Positions 11,601 through 19,650 of a stretch of DNA of 64,000 nucleotides are shown in pieces. The stretch's first letter is position 1. Each line of letters starts with the position of its first letter. Position numbers and translations under genes: made by a program. The notes under the pieces were generated by a model. It did not search any database. It saw only the letters and a program-made list of their open reading frames with translations, and was not told where the DNA came from. This DNA comes from Acetobacteraceae bacterium UBA6159 (lineage in GTDB: Bacteria > Pseudomonadota > Alphaproteobacteria > Acetobacterales > Acetobacteraceae): NCBI GenBank assembly GCA_002422345.1, contig DIUL01000142.1:78064-142063 (forward strand), written 5' to 3'.

Positions 11601-14600
11601 GTGGCGGAAGCGCGGGGGATCCACGGCCCCGTCCAGGGCGTGATCCATGCCGCCGGAGTGCCTGCCGTGACGTCGCTCCGCGACAGCGGCTGGCCGGATG
11701 TGGCTGCCTGCCTCGCGCCGAAGGTGGCCGGAACCCTGACCCTCGACCGCGTGCTGGGGGATGAGCCGCTTGACTTCTTCGTGCTATTCTCCTCGCTGGC
11801 CGGGGAGTTGGGGGATTTCGGGCAGGGCGCCTATGCCTGTGGCAACGCGTTCTGCGACCGCTTCGCCGCCTGGCGTGACACCAACCGACCTGGTCGGACC
11901 ATCGCGCTGGGCTGGCCGTTATGGCGGGAAGGACGGGGCGTTCTGTCGGCCGAGGGGGAACGCATCTACCTCGCGACATCCGGCATGCCCTATCTGGAAA
12001 CCGAGCAGGGCTGGCAGGCGTTCCTGGACGCCCTGGCTATGGGGCATGCCCAGGTTGCCGTCGTGCCGGGGGACCCCGCCAAGGCGCTCGCCCTGTTCAG
12101 GACCCGTCCGGTCGCGGCCGCGCACGCGCCCATCCCAGGCGCACCGGCCGCCGCCCCCGCGGCCGCGGTCTCGGCGCCCATCGCCGCCGGCCCTGACCTG
12201 CCGGCTACCGTCCGGCGGGGCCTCACCGCACTGATCTCCCGCCTGATGAAGGTGGACGAGGACCTGCTGTCCCCAACCGCTGGCCTCGCGGAGTTCGGGT
12301 TCGACTCCATTGCGTTGAAGGAATTCAGCGTCCGCCTGGGAGAGGTCTACGGCATCACCATCAGCCCCGCCGTCTTCTTCGCCCGCGGCACGATCGAGGC
12401 CTTGGCGGACTACCTGGTCGAATCCCACCCGGCCGAGGTCACCGCACACCACGCGGTCAGGACCGAACCCCCACCGGCGCCGGTCGCCGCCCCGCCGTCC
12501 CCGGTCCGCAAGTCTGGCCGGGACGAACCGATCGCCATCATCGGCATCAGCGGCCGGTTCCCCCGATCCCCCGACCTGGACACGTTCTGGCAGCACCTGG
12601 AGGCCGCCACCGATCTGGTCGGTCCGCTGCCCGACGGGCGGGACCTGGCCTCACGTGGCGGCTACGACAGGGGCGCGCTGCAAGGCGGGTTCCTCGACCG
12701 GATCGACACGTTCGATGCGCCGTTCTTCCGCATTTCCCCGCGGGAGGCCTGCTTCCTCGACCCGCAGCATCGGCTGGCGATCGAGGCTGTCTGGCATTGC
12801 GTGGAGGACGCGGGGCTGCGGATGGGCACGCTCGCCGGCCGGCCTGTCGGTGTGTTCTTCGGCCCGCAGATCAACGAGTACGGCGCGATCATCCCCGACC
12901 GCGACGCCGCCCGCGCCCAGATCGCCCTGGGCAACATCGCGACGATGCTGCCCAACCGCATCTCCTATCTGTTCGACCTGCGGGGGCCGAGCGAAGCGAT
13001 CGATACGGCGTGCAGTAGCTCGTTGGTGGCGGTGAATCGGGCCATCCGGGCCTTGCAGGCCGGCGAGTGCGAGATGGCCCTGGCCGGCGGCGTCAGCCTG
13101 GTCCTGACCGCCGAGAGCATCGTCAGCACGATGGAACTCGGCGTCGTGTCCCCCGACGGGCGCTGCCACAGCTTCGACTCCCGGGCGAACGGCTATGTGA
13201 AGGGGGAGGGCGTGGGCGTTGTCCTGCTGAAGCCCCTGTCGCGGGCCGAGGCGGATGGCGACGTGATCCATGCCGTGATCCTGGGTTCGGCGGAAAACCA
13301 TGGCGGGCACGCGCACTCGCTGACCGCTCCCAACGGCACCGCGCAGGCGGCCCTGATCGCGACGGCGCTGCGACGGGCGGGCGTCGCCTCCGACACGATC
13401 GGCTATGTGGAGGCGCATGGCACGGGCACTGAACTGGGTGACCCGGTCGAGGTGATGGCGCTAAAGGAGGCGTTCGGCGCGACGGCGGAACCTGGCTCGG
13501 TGCGTGACCGGGCGTGCCTGCTGGGCACGGTGAAGACCAATATCGGCCATCTGGAACCGGCGTCGGGCGTGGCGGGGTTGCTGAAGGCGGTGCTGGCGCT
13601 GGAGCATCGCGTGCTGCCGGCGAGCCTGCACTTCCGCCAGCTCAATCCCTTGATCGACTTCGCCAATACGCCCTTCGCGGTGGCGGATGCGACGCGCCCC
13701 TGGGACGCTTTGGTCGATGGGAATGGGGCCGCGCTGCCCCGGCGGGCGGGCGTGAGTTCGTTCGGGCTGGGCGGCAGCAATGCCCATGTGGTGCTGGAGG
13801 AATACGCGCCTCATGTCACCGGCGACCCGGACCCGGCGGCGGTGCTGCTGGTTGTCTCGGCGCGGGATCGGGACCGGTTGCAGGCGAGCTTGCGGCGGCT
13901 GGCCGACTTTGCCCGCCGGCATCCGCTGCTGCCGGTGCGGGACGTCGCCCATACCCTGGCTGTCGGCCGGGAGGCGATGCCGCATCGGGCCGCCATCCTG
14001 TGGCGGTCGGGGGAGACCCTGGCGGACCGGTTCGATGGTTCGGCGGGCGCGGTCGGATCGGGAAGCGGCGCGGCCGGGGTGTGGATCGGCTCGGTGACCA
14101 GGCCTGGGATAGGGCGCGCCGAGGCTGATCGCGGGCCAGGCGTGATGACGGATCTGGCGGCGGCTGGTCAGTGGGATCGTGTGGCCGCCTTGTGGGTGGA
14201 GGGTGCCGATCTGCCGGTGACCGCGACCCGCGGGCGGCGGATCGCGCTGCCGGGCTATCCGTTCGCGCCGTCGCGGTTCTGGTTCGATCGCGCGCCGGGG
14301 GGCAGTCCCGGGGCTGCCGGCCAGGCGCCTGCCGGTCCGGTTGCACCCGTTCAGGAACACGCGCGCTCGGCCAGGCCCGCCGCGGTGGCTCCGGCCATGC
14401 CCAGAGCGCCGGTTCAACCGGCGCGTCAGGAGGCAATGGCCGGTGTCGGGGACCAGGCCGTCACCGAGGCATCACGTCCGGTTCCCCAGGCCCCTGTCGC
14501 TAGCCGGTCCGAGACTGCGGTGCGCGCCGTCGTGCGGCGGCATCTGGCGGCGGCGCTGTATCTCGACGAGGCGCAGCTTGATGAGCATGCGGGTTTCGCC

Positions 14601-17600
14601 GACCTGGGCCTGGACTCGATCCTGGCCGTGGAACTCACCAAGAGCCTGAACGACGAACTGGGCACCGCGCTCCAGGCAACGCGACTGTACGACCATGCGA
14701 ATATTGTGGAACTGGCCGCCTATCTGGCCGGGGAACCTGGCCTCGCCCCCGTTGTCGCGGAGCCGTCCATCGCCATGCCGCTGGAGGCCGTGCGCGATAT
14801 CGTGCGCCGGCACCTGGCGCAGGCGCTGTATCTGGATGAATCCCAGATCGACGACCAGGCGGGCTTCGCCGATCTGGGCCTGGACTCGATCCTGGCGGTC
14901 GAACTGACGCGCGCCCTGAACGAGGCACTCGGCACCGACCTGCAGGCTACTCGCCTGTATGATCACCCGAACGCGGCCGAACTGGCGGTGTTCCTGCACG
15001 GCAGTCTTACGGACCGGGCCACGACGACGCTCGACCCAGCGGCATCCCCCGTGCTCGCGTTCCTGCGGGAGAGGCTGGCCCCCTTCGGAGCCCCCGACCT
15101 GTCCGCCACGACCAGGCTGGACACGATCGCGCTGCAACCGGCCGAGGCGAAGGCGATCCTCGACGCCATCACCGACCAGTTCGGTTGCGCGCTGACCGAG
15201 GCGGATGTCGCCCGCTGCCGCGACCTGGGCGCGCTGGCCGGCCTGATCGTCGCCCGGTCAACGCCGGCGCCGGTTGCAAAGGCTCCTCCGCCGCCGACCG
15301 AGCCCGTCGCGCGGGCGGTTCCCCCGACAGTGCCGGCGACCCCGACCCAGGCGCCAGTGGCTATCGACACCGCCACGCCCGATGTCGCGATCATCGGTTA
15401 CGCCTGCCGCCTGCCCGGCGCCTCGGATGCCGACGCGTTCTGGGATCACCTCCGCGCCGGCGACATCGCGGTCACCCCATTCCCGCCCGAGGACTGGCGG
15501 CGGGAAGCCTATGCCGGCGCGCTGCGTGCCCTCGGATCGGACATGACGCCCTGGGGCGGCTATGTCGCCGGGGTCGACCGGTTCGACGCGCGGTTCTTCT
15601 CGATTCGCGCCGAACAGGCCCGCCTGATGGACCCGCAGCAGCGGCTGTTCCTCGAAACCGCCTGGCACGCGCTGGAAATGGCAGGCCAGACCCGCGCCCT
15701 GCTGGACGGGGCGGCCTGCGGCGTCTTCGTCGGCGGCGGATCGAGCGATTATGGCCGCGTGCTGGAAGCCGACCAGGGCGCGCCCAGCGGAGAGACGCTG
15801 TTCGGCAACATCGCCTCCATCCTGGCCGCCCGGATCGCCTATTTCCTCAATCTGCACGGGCCTTGCGTGGCGCTGGACACTGCCTGCTCCTCGGGGCTGG
15901 TGGCCCTGCATGCCGGCTGGCGCGCGATCCGCGATGGGGAGTGCGACATGGCCCTGGTCGGCGGGGTCAACCTGCTGCTGACGCCGCAGATGCATGTGCT
16001 GACCGGGTCCGCCGGGATGCTGTCCCGCGTCGGCCAGTGCCGCAGCTTCGATGACTCCGCCGACGGGTTCGTGCCGGCCGAGGGGATCGTCACGCTGGTC
16101 CTGAAACGGCTGGATCGCGCGCTCGCCGATGGCGATCCGATCCAGGGAGTCATCAACGGCGTCGCGATCAACCAGAACGGCACGACCGCCGGCATCACCG
16201 CCCCCAGCGCCAAGGCGCAGACCCGCCTGCTGCGCGCCGCCTATGCCCGCGGGGCGATCCCGCTGGATCAGATCGGACTGGTGGAGGCGCACGGCACCGG
16301 CACGAGGATCGGCGACGCGCTGGAATTCGACGCCCTGCGCACCGTCTTCGCCGAGGCCGGGGTGCCCGAAGGCGCCGTTGTCCTGGGTTCCGCCAAACCG
16401 GCGATCGGCCATTCCTTCGCGGCGTCCGGCTTGGCGAGCGTGGTCAAGCTGCTGCTCGCCATGCGTCACCAGGTCATCCCGCCGACCCTGGGCGTCGACC
16501 AGGCGAACGGGCACATGGCGCTGGCCGGTTCTCCGTTCCGGATCAACAAGGCGCTGGAACCCTGGCCCAGCCCGTCGGGCGGACGGCGCATGGCCGCCGC
16601 CACGGCCTATGGGCTGAGCGGCACGAACGCCCATGTCGTCCTGTCGGAACCGCCGGTGCGGGCTCCCACCGCCCGGTCCTCCCGCATGGAGTACCTGCTG
16701 GTCGTCTCCGCCACCGACGCCGCGGCGCTGGAACGGCAGATCGAGGCCCTGGCGGCGGCCCTGGAACACGACCGGCCTGACATCGCGGACCTGGCCTACA
16801 CACTCGGGGTGCGGCGAACCCATTTCGCCGCGCGGGCCGCGTTCGTGGCGCGCGATCTGGCGGATTTCCGGGCGCAACTCGCCGCCTGGCCCGCGGTCGC
16901 GCCGCCGAAGGGCGCCCTGGCGGACCTGGCCGCACGCTATCGCGATGGTGGGACGCTGGATTGGGCGGACCTGTATCCCGCCGGAACCGTATGCCGCCTG
17001 CCGCCCTACCGCTTTGCCCCCGACCGGCATTGGCCCGGGGCACCCGAAGCGGCGAACGCCCCGGCGACCCCCGCACCGAGCACGCCCGACACCCTCCTCC
17101 AGACCTTGCTGCCGATCATCGCGCGCGGCCTCTCGGTCGACCGGGCCCAGGTCACCCCCAACACGCCCTTCGACACGCTCGGCCTTACCTCGGTCGCGGC
17201 GGTGACGCTGATGCGGGACGCGGAAATCGCGTTCGGCGTCTCCCTGCCCGTGATTGCCCTCTGGGACCACCCGACGCCGGCCCAACTGGCGGCCTACATC
17301 GCAGCCCGCCCGCCCGCCACGGCGGAACCCACGCTTCTGGCCCGCGCCGGCCGCACCGCGTCGGGCGCACACGACCCCGTTGTGCCGATCCGCGCCGAGG
17401 GCGACGGCCCCATCATCTTCTGGGTTCATGGCGGACCGGGGGATACGAACTGGGTCACGGAACTGGCCCGCCTGTCCCCGCCGGACCATCGGATTTTAGG
17501 CCTGGAAGCCATGGGCCTGGATGCAGAAACCGAACCGCTGCCGACCGTGGAGGCGATGGCCGATCACTACACGGCCGCCATCCTCCGCACTCAGCCGGTC

Positions 17601-18470
17601 GGGCCGTACCGGATCGGGGGCTACTCCGCCGGCGGGGCGATCGCGTTTGAGGTTGTCCGCCGCCTGACCCAGGCCGGCCATGGCGTGGAGCGTCTGACGC
17701 TGCTCGATGCCAATGCCCCCGGTAACGCCGGCCTCGCGGACATGCAGGCGGCGTTCGGCCCGGGCTATGTCCATCTGGTGGTCGGCGGCTGGCTGGCCAC
17801 GCGCTGGGGCGCGGATCGTGCCCTGACGCTCGGGGACCTCGCGGGCTTGGACAAGGACGGGATGCTGGAACGGGTGCTGGATCATCTGTTCACCCACGCC
17901 CAGCCGCCGCTGCCCCGCGCCGATGTCCGGCGCATGCTGGTGGCGCTGGATCGCGTCGGCTGGACCGTCGGGGAGGCGCTGAGGGACTACCGTCCCACCC
18001 GCCTCGACCGCCCCATCGACGTCGTGATGATCGCCTGCGAGGCGGGCATGGCCGGAGGAGAGAACCCGCTGGGCCTGCCGGACACCGCCGCCGCCCGGGA
18101 CTATCGGGACGGTTGGGACGCCCTGTTCGCGGCCCCGATGCGCGTCATCCCGCTCGCCTGCGACCATTTCAGCCTGTTCCGAGGCGAAGCGGCCGATGCC
18201 CTGCGCGCCCATCTGGCCGAGGCGCCCGCGGATCGCGTGACGGAGATCGTCCTGGCCCTGGTGCGGGAGACGCTGCCCGACGTGCCGGCCGAGCTGGTGG
18301 TGCCAGCGCGGAGCATGACCGAACTGGGCGCGACCTCGATCGACCGGGTCGACGTGGCCACGCTGGCGATGGAGTCCCTCGGCATCCGCGTGCCCAACGA
18401 AGCGTTGGCCGGAGTCGCCTCGATTGGTGACCTGATCGACCTGCTGCGTCAGTACACAGGGCATGGCTGA
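5616..18470 (+). CDS. trans-AT type I PKS, terminal protein: KS-cMT-ACP, KS-KR-ACP, KS-ACP-ACP-(degenerate ACP), KS-ACP-TE-ACP(donor type)
   Basis: Four KS domains, each with DTACSS / HGTGT / IGH. MT ELGAGTGG; KR TGGGGVLA and GQGAY; ACPs GIDS, GFDS, 2x GLDS, GLTS. TE GYSAG with DHF; final ACP GATSIDR. No AT domains. N-terminal docking-like helix. Confidence 0.96.
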   Translation: MAENNGLRRLVFGMVAEGTLDAEAAMALLARAKDLAPEPSAPVSRDIAIVGMAGRFGNAPDLDSFWRMLEAGGDCLIEMPERRWPAAMGPRRRGGFLPDEDRFDPLFFRISPTEAAMMDPQQRLFLETAYHALEDAGYAERTLSGMRCGVFAGAGAGDYAQRFRDAGLQSNALGLMGNVTSILAARISYFLNLKGPSVALDTACSSSLVAVHLACESLMSGTCDMALAGGVAVISTPQFIGAMTDGGMLSPNDRCAAFDAAADGFVCGEGAGVVVLKRLADAERDGDNILGIVRGSGINQDGRTNGITAPSAPSQAALEEDIYRRRNIDPASITYVETHGTGTPLGDPIELEALTSSFRKFTDRVGFCAIGSAKANIGHALTAAGIAGLLKVLLMMRHRRIPPMAGFTSPNPRIDFASSPFAVPTIARDWEPAGPRRAAVSSFGFSGTNAHLVIEEPPARPGRPTKAGPFLFLLSARTAAALRARASAFAAWLEGANADPADIATTLAAGREHHGHRLAVVADDLTSLRDRLRGWLDGQRHASVLAGEARAEGPGPALMAFAKTIARDRPDQESLCVLGDLYTQGAAFDWTALPGASAGRRVSLPGYPFERMACGIPAGAVAEPPPATMAEVTTDRPPAVTPIDGLSAVTTALARHDAPDLSAQAGAFRAVEAWGRKALSAAYDRMGLYERRVHTVGGLRKRLGIIPSKHRLHDALVDMLVRDGTLLREGDLLRIRQPAATALDAERARLSAAEPELAPFLTLLARCIDALPDLLTGRVTATEVMFPDGRTDLVEPIYQGSRLAEHLNTVLAEAVATLSAGLGRPARVIELGAGTGGATASILRLLTERGIEVEYHYTDISRGFAHLGRTRFGASHDFMRFDVLDIEKDPAGQGFDLAGFDIVIASNVLHACRLVGAALDHSSRLLRPGGWLLLNEVTALQDYATLTFGLTDGWWAFEDAGSRIANAPLLDVGGWQAAMAAAGFPRMDAFGLPGEARDRLSQAVMVAERSGAAATPGADGASLPELIAREVAILLNMPVERLDHRGRFMDCGIDSILGGQVVAQLNKALGLDLRPIVLFDHPSIADLARHIAREYGDRVRKVPPPPAAQAPDPSPPSWSGLTRPPLGTPAAGQKGQTEQSVAMVGSSPTMTGEELALPTSTSHPDTRIAVIGMAGRFADCPDIAAFHDMLRQGRSGITTVPADRWSADAASLPEGVSSEAQYLKWGGFLRDAADFDPLFFRMSGKEAELTDPQHRVFLTEAWRALEDAGYAEHELDGRRCGVFVGAYGGDYTHRMTDLGIVPEAFAFMGNAAAILSGRIAYVLNLKGPCMAVDTACSSSLSAIHLACRSLLDGECEMALAGGVFLTTTMGFNTAAAKAGMLSPNGACRAFDADADGFVPGEGAGVVVLKPYARALADGDHIEAVIIASAMNQDGKTNGITAPSADSQAALETEVYRKAGINPDAIGYIEAHGTGTRLGDPIEVEGLTRAFRRWTDRTGFCVLGSVKTNIGHAAHAAGIAGFLKAVLTVRHRTFFPSLHFRSENPALHLSESPFVVNTVLRPWETNGAPRMAGVSSFGFSGTNVHILLAESDADPVRAVADEPCLITLSARSPASMARRIADLRAWLETHTPALADLARTLNAGRCHFDHRWAAVVGSVADLRATLASGAPASTGPGFLREAAATYLRTGEVPAAAIPAGGRRISLPTYPFEMRRYWLDREGDMPPAARAPATLTQASPSRANYLVTDWQAEPLPTAALPVPIWLLADGDGPGPALAALWRGQGHRVTEVAPADLAERRRLDGAPAGVVNLLGLNDLGTDLGRGEKAVFATLRALFNDPVPVLHVHRGGPARECVQALRRSARFDGARVDLRLLRLDGALPATGALAAMIGAELAAPHGAETEAAIRDGNRLVRRMVAAFPGPSVPLRQGAHILITGGGGVLAGLFARRLAREAKARITLIGLSPANEAVLATLAACPGALYRQVDVTDQAALAAVVAEARGIHGPVQGVIHAAGVPAVTSLRDSGWPDVAACLAPKVAGTLTLDRVLGDEPLDFFVLFSSLAGELGDFGQGAYACGNAFCDRFAAWRDTNRPGRTIALGWPLWREGRGVLSAEGERIYLATSGMPYLETEQGWQAFLDALAMGHAQVAVVPGDPAKALALFRTRPVAAAHAPIPGAPAAAPAAAVSAPIAAGPDLPATVRRGLTALISRLMKVDEDLLSPTAGLAEFGFDSIALKEFSVRLGEVYGITISPAVFFARGTIEALADYLVESHPAEVTAHHAVRTEPPPAPVAAPPSPVRKSGRDEPIAIIGISGRFPRSPDLDTFWQHLEAATDLVGPLPDGRDLASRGGYDRGALQGGFLDRIDTFDAPFFRISPREACFLDPQHRLAIEAVWHCVEDAGLRMGTLAGRPVGVFFGPQINEYGAIIPDRDAARAQIALGNIATMLPNRISYLFDLRGPSEAIDTACSSSLVAVNRAIRALQAGECEMALAGGVSLVLTAESIVSTMELGVVSPDGRCHSFDSRANGYVKGEGVGVVLLKPLSRAEADGDVIHAVILGSAENHGGHAHSLTAPNGTAQAALIATALRRAGVASDTIGYVEAHGTGTELGDPVEVMALKEAFGATAEPGSVRDRACLLGTVKTNIGHLEPASGVAGLLKAVLALEHRVLPASLHFRQLNPLIDFANTPFAVADATRPWDALVDGNGAALPRRAGVSSFGLGGSNAHVVLEEYAPHVTGDPDPAAVLLVVSARDRDRLQASLRRLADFARRHPLLPVRDVAHTLAVGREAMPHRAAILWRSGETLADRFDGSAGAVGSGSGAAGVWIGSVTRPGIGRAEADRGPGVMTDLAAAGQWDRVAALWVEGADLPVTATRGRRIALPGYPFAPSRFWFDRAPGGSPGAAGQAPAGPVAPVQEHARSARPAAVAPAMPRAPVQPARQEAMAGVGDQAVTEASRPVPQAPVASRSETAVRAVVRRHLAAALYLDEAQLDEHAGFADLGLDSILAVELTKSLNDELGTALQATRLYDHANIVELAAYLAGEPGLAPVVAEPSIAMPLEAVRDIVRRHLAQALYLDESQIDDQAGFADLGLDSILAVELTRALNEALGTDLQATRLYDHPNAAELAVFLHGSLTDRATTTLDPAASPVLAFLRERLAPFGAPDLSATTRLDTIALQPAEAKAILDAITDQFGCALTEADVARCRDLGALAGLIVARSTPAPVAKAPPPPTEPVARAVPPTVPATPTQAPVAIDTATPDVAIIGYACRLPGASDADAFWDHLRAGDIAVTPFPPEDWRREAYAGALRALGSDMTPWGGYVAGVDRFDARFFSIRAEQARLMDPQQRLFLETAWHALEMAGQTRALLDGAACGVFVGGGSSDYGRVLEADQGAPSGETLFGNIASILAARIAYFLNLHGPCVALDTACSSGLVALHAGWRAIRDGECDMALVGGVNLLLTPQMHVLTGSAGMLSRVGQCRSFDDSADGFVPAEGIVTLVLKRLDRALADGDPIQGVINGVAINQNGTTAGITAPSAKAQTRLLRAAYARGAIPLDQIGLVEAHGTGTRIGDALEFDALRTVFAEAGVPEGAVVLGSAKPAIGHSFAASGLASVVKLLLAMRHQVIPPTLGVDQANGHMALAGSPFRINKALEPWPSPSGGRRMAAATAYGLSGTNAHVVLSEPPVRAPTARSSRMEYLLVVSATDAAALERQIEALAAALEHDRPDIADLAYTLGVRRTHFAARAAFVARDLADFRAQLAAWPAVAPPKGALADLAARYRDGGTLDWADLYPAGTVCRLPPYRFAPDRHWPGAPEAANAPATPAPSTPDTLLQTLLPIIARGLSVDRAQVTPNTPFDTLGLTSVAAVTLMRDAEIAFGVSLPVIALWDHPTPAQLAAYIAARPPATAEPTLLARAGRTASGAHDPVVPIRAEGDGPIIFWVHGGPGDTNWVTELARLSPPDHRILGLEAMGLDAETEPLPTVEAMADHYTAAILRTQPVGPYRIGGYSAGGAIAFEVVRRLTQAGHGVERLTLLDANAPGNAGLADMQAAFGPGYVHLVVGGWLATRWGADRALTLGDLAGLDKDGMLERVLDHLFTHAQPPLPRADVRRMLVALDRVGWTVGEALRDYRPTRLDRPIDVVMIACEAGMAGGENPLGLPDTAAARDYRDGWDALFAAPMRVIPLACDHFSLFRGEAADALRAHLAEAPADRVTEIVLALVRETLPDVPAELVVPARSMTELGATSIDRVDVATLAMESLGIRVPNEALAGVASIGDLIDLLRQYTGHG
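8961..9069. repeat. REP-like inverted-repeat element inserted in frame in the PKS ACP-KS linker
   Basis: 31-bp arms at 8961-8991 (CCGTCATGGTCGGGCTTGACCCGACCACCGC) and 9039-9069 are reverse complements with 2 mismatches. Each arm is itself a hairpin (TGGTCGGG-CTTGA-CCCGACCA). Confidence 0.85.
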
Positions 18471-19650
18471 CCGCCGGCGCGTCATGGTGACCGGGGCCGC
18501 CGTCCTGGCGGGAGGTGCCGCCGATCTGTCCGGGTTCGATGCCCTGCTCCGAGCCTCCCGGCCCTGCATGGAGGCACCGACCTGGGATTGGGATGGCTGG
18601 CTGGGTGGCGCCGAACCGGCCGTGGCTGCCCGCGCCCGCCGCGTTGCGCGCACCGCCAGCCCTGCCTTGCGATCGTCGATCAGGGTCAGCGTGGACGCGG
18701 TGGGTTCGGCGGCGCTACCAGACCTCGGCGTGGTCGTCGCCGGCAGCAACCTCGCCCTGGGCCGCGGCTACCAGGCATTCGAGAAGTTCAAGGCGGAACC
18801 GGCGTTCCTGTCCCCGCGCCATGGGTATGAGTTCTACGACACCCACGTCATGGCCTCGATCGCCGAAATCCTGGGCGCGCGCGGGCCGGGGATGACGGTG
18901 GGCGGGGCCTCGGGCAGCGGCAATGTCGCGATCGGCGTCGCGCTGGACCTGGTCCGCCACGGGCGAACGGATGCGTGCCTGGTCGTCGGCCCGATGCCCG
19001 ATCTGTCGCCGGTCGAACGGCACGCGCTGCGGACGATGGGGGCTTTGGCCGAACCGCACGGCACCTGCCGCCCCTTCGACCGTGCCGCGCATGGCTTCGT
19101 CCCCGGGGATGCCTGCGCGGCCGTGCTGTTGGAATCGGAGGCCTCGGCCCGCCAGCGCCGCGCCCCGATCATGGCCGAGATCGCCGGCGCCTGCTGGGTC
19201 CAGGGCGCGAACCATCTGCCCTCCCCCGACCTGGACAGCGAAATCCGCGCCATGACCGGCGCGCTGACGGACGCCGGGGCCGGCATCGACAGCCTGGACC
19301 TGGTCAGCGCCCATGCCACCGGCACCCCAGCCGGCGACGCGGTCGAATGCGAGGCCCTGCGCGCCGTGTTGGGTCACCGAGCCGCCCAAATCCCGGTGAA
19401 CGCCCCGAAATCCCTGTTCGGACATGCCTTGCACGCGGCCGGGGTGGTCGAACTGGTCGCCGCGATCCTTCAGATCAAGGGCGGCTTCATCCACGGCACC
19501 GCCGGCCTCACCGACCCGATCGCCGATGACCTGCACCTGGTCGGTCCCGCGACGATCGATCGCCCTGTGCGGGTCGTCCTCAGCAATTCGTTCGGTTTCG
19601 GCAGCATCGCGGCCAGCATCCTGGTGCGCGATCCGGAGTGCGTACAATGA
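18463..19650 (+). CDS. pksF: stand-alone decarboxylating ketosynthase of the beta-branching cassette (PksF-like, Cys->Ser)
   Basis: FabF-like fold with TVGGASGSG in place of the active-site Cys motif; AHATGT, KSLFGH and SNSFGFG; directly upstream of HMGS. Confidence 0.88.
   Translation: MADRRRVMVTGAAVLAGGAADLSGFDALLRASRPCMEAPTWDWDGWLGGAEPAVAARARRVARTASPALRSSIRVSVDAVGSAALPDLGVVVAGSNLALGRGYQAFEKFKAEPAFLSPRHGYEFYDTHVMASIAEILGARGPGMTVGGASGSGNVAIGVALDLVRHGRTDACLVVGPMPDLSPVERHALRTMGALAEPHGTCRPFDRAAHGFVPGDACAAVLLESEASARQRRAPIMAEIAGACWVQGANHLPSPDLDSEIRAMTGALTDAGAGIDSLDLVSAHATGTPAGDAVECEALRAVLGHRAAQIPVNAPKSLFGHALHAAGVVELVAAILQIKGGFIHGTAGLTDPIADDLHLVGPATIDRPVRVVLSNSFGFGSIAASILVRDPECVQ

Noticed and set aside
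14516..15005. Direct DNA repeats as a mobile element or CRISPR
   Set aside because: Explained by tandem ACP domain duplication.
5532..17489. Long antisense ORFs over the PKS (e.g. 5532..7238, 9051..11648, 15258..17489)
   Set aside because: Typical high-GC shadow frames with no motifs, opposite a clear CDS. The same applies to 22316..23785, 34451..37195 and 50305..52746.
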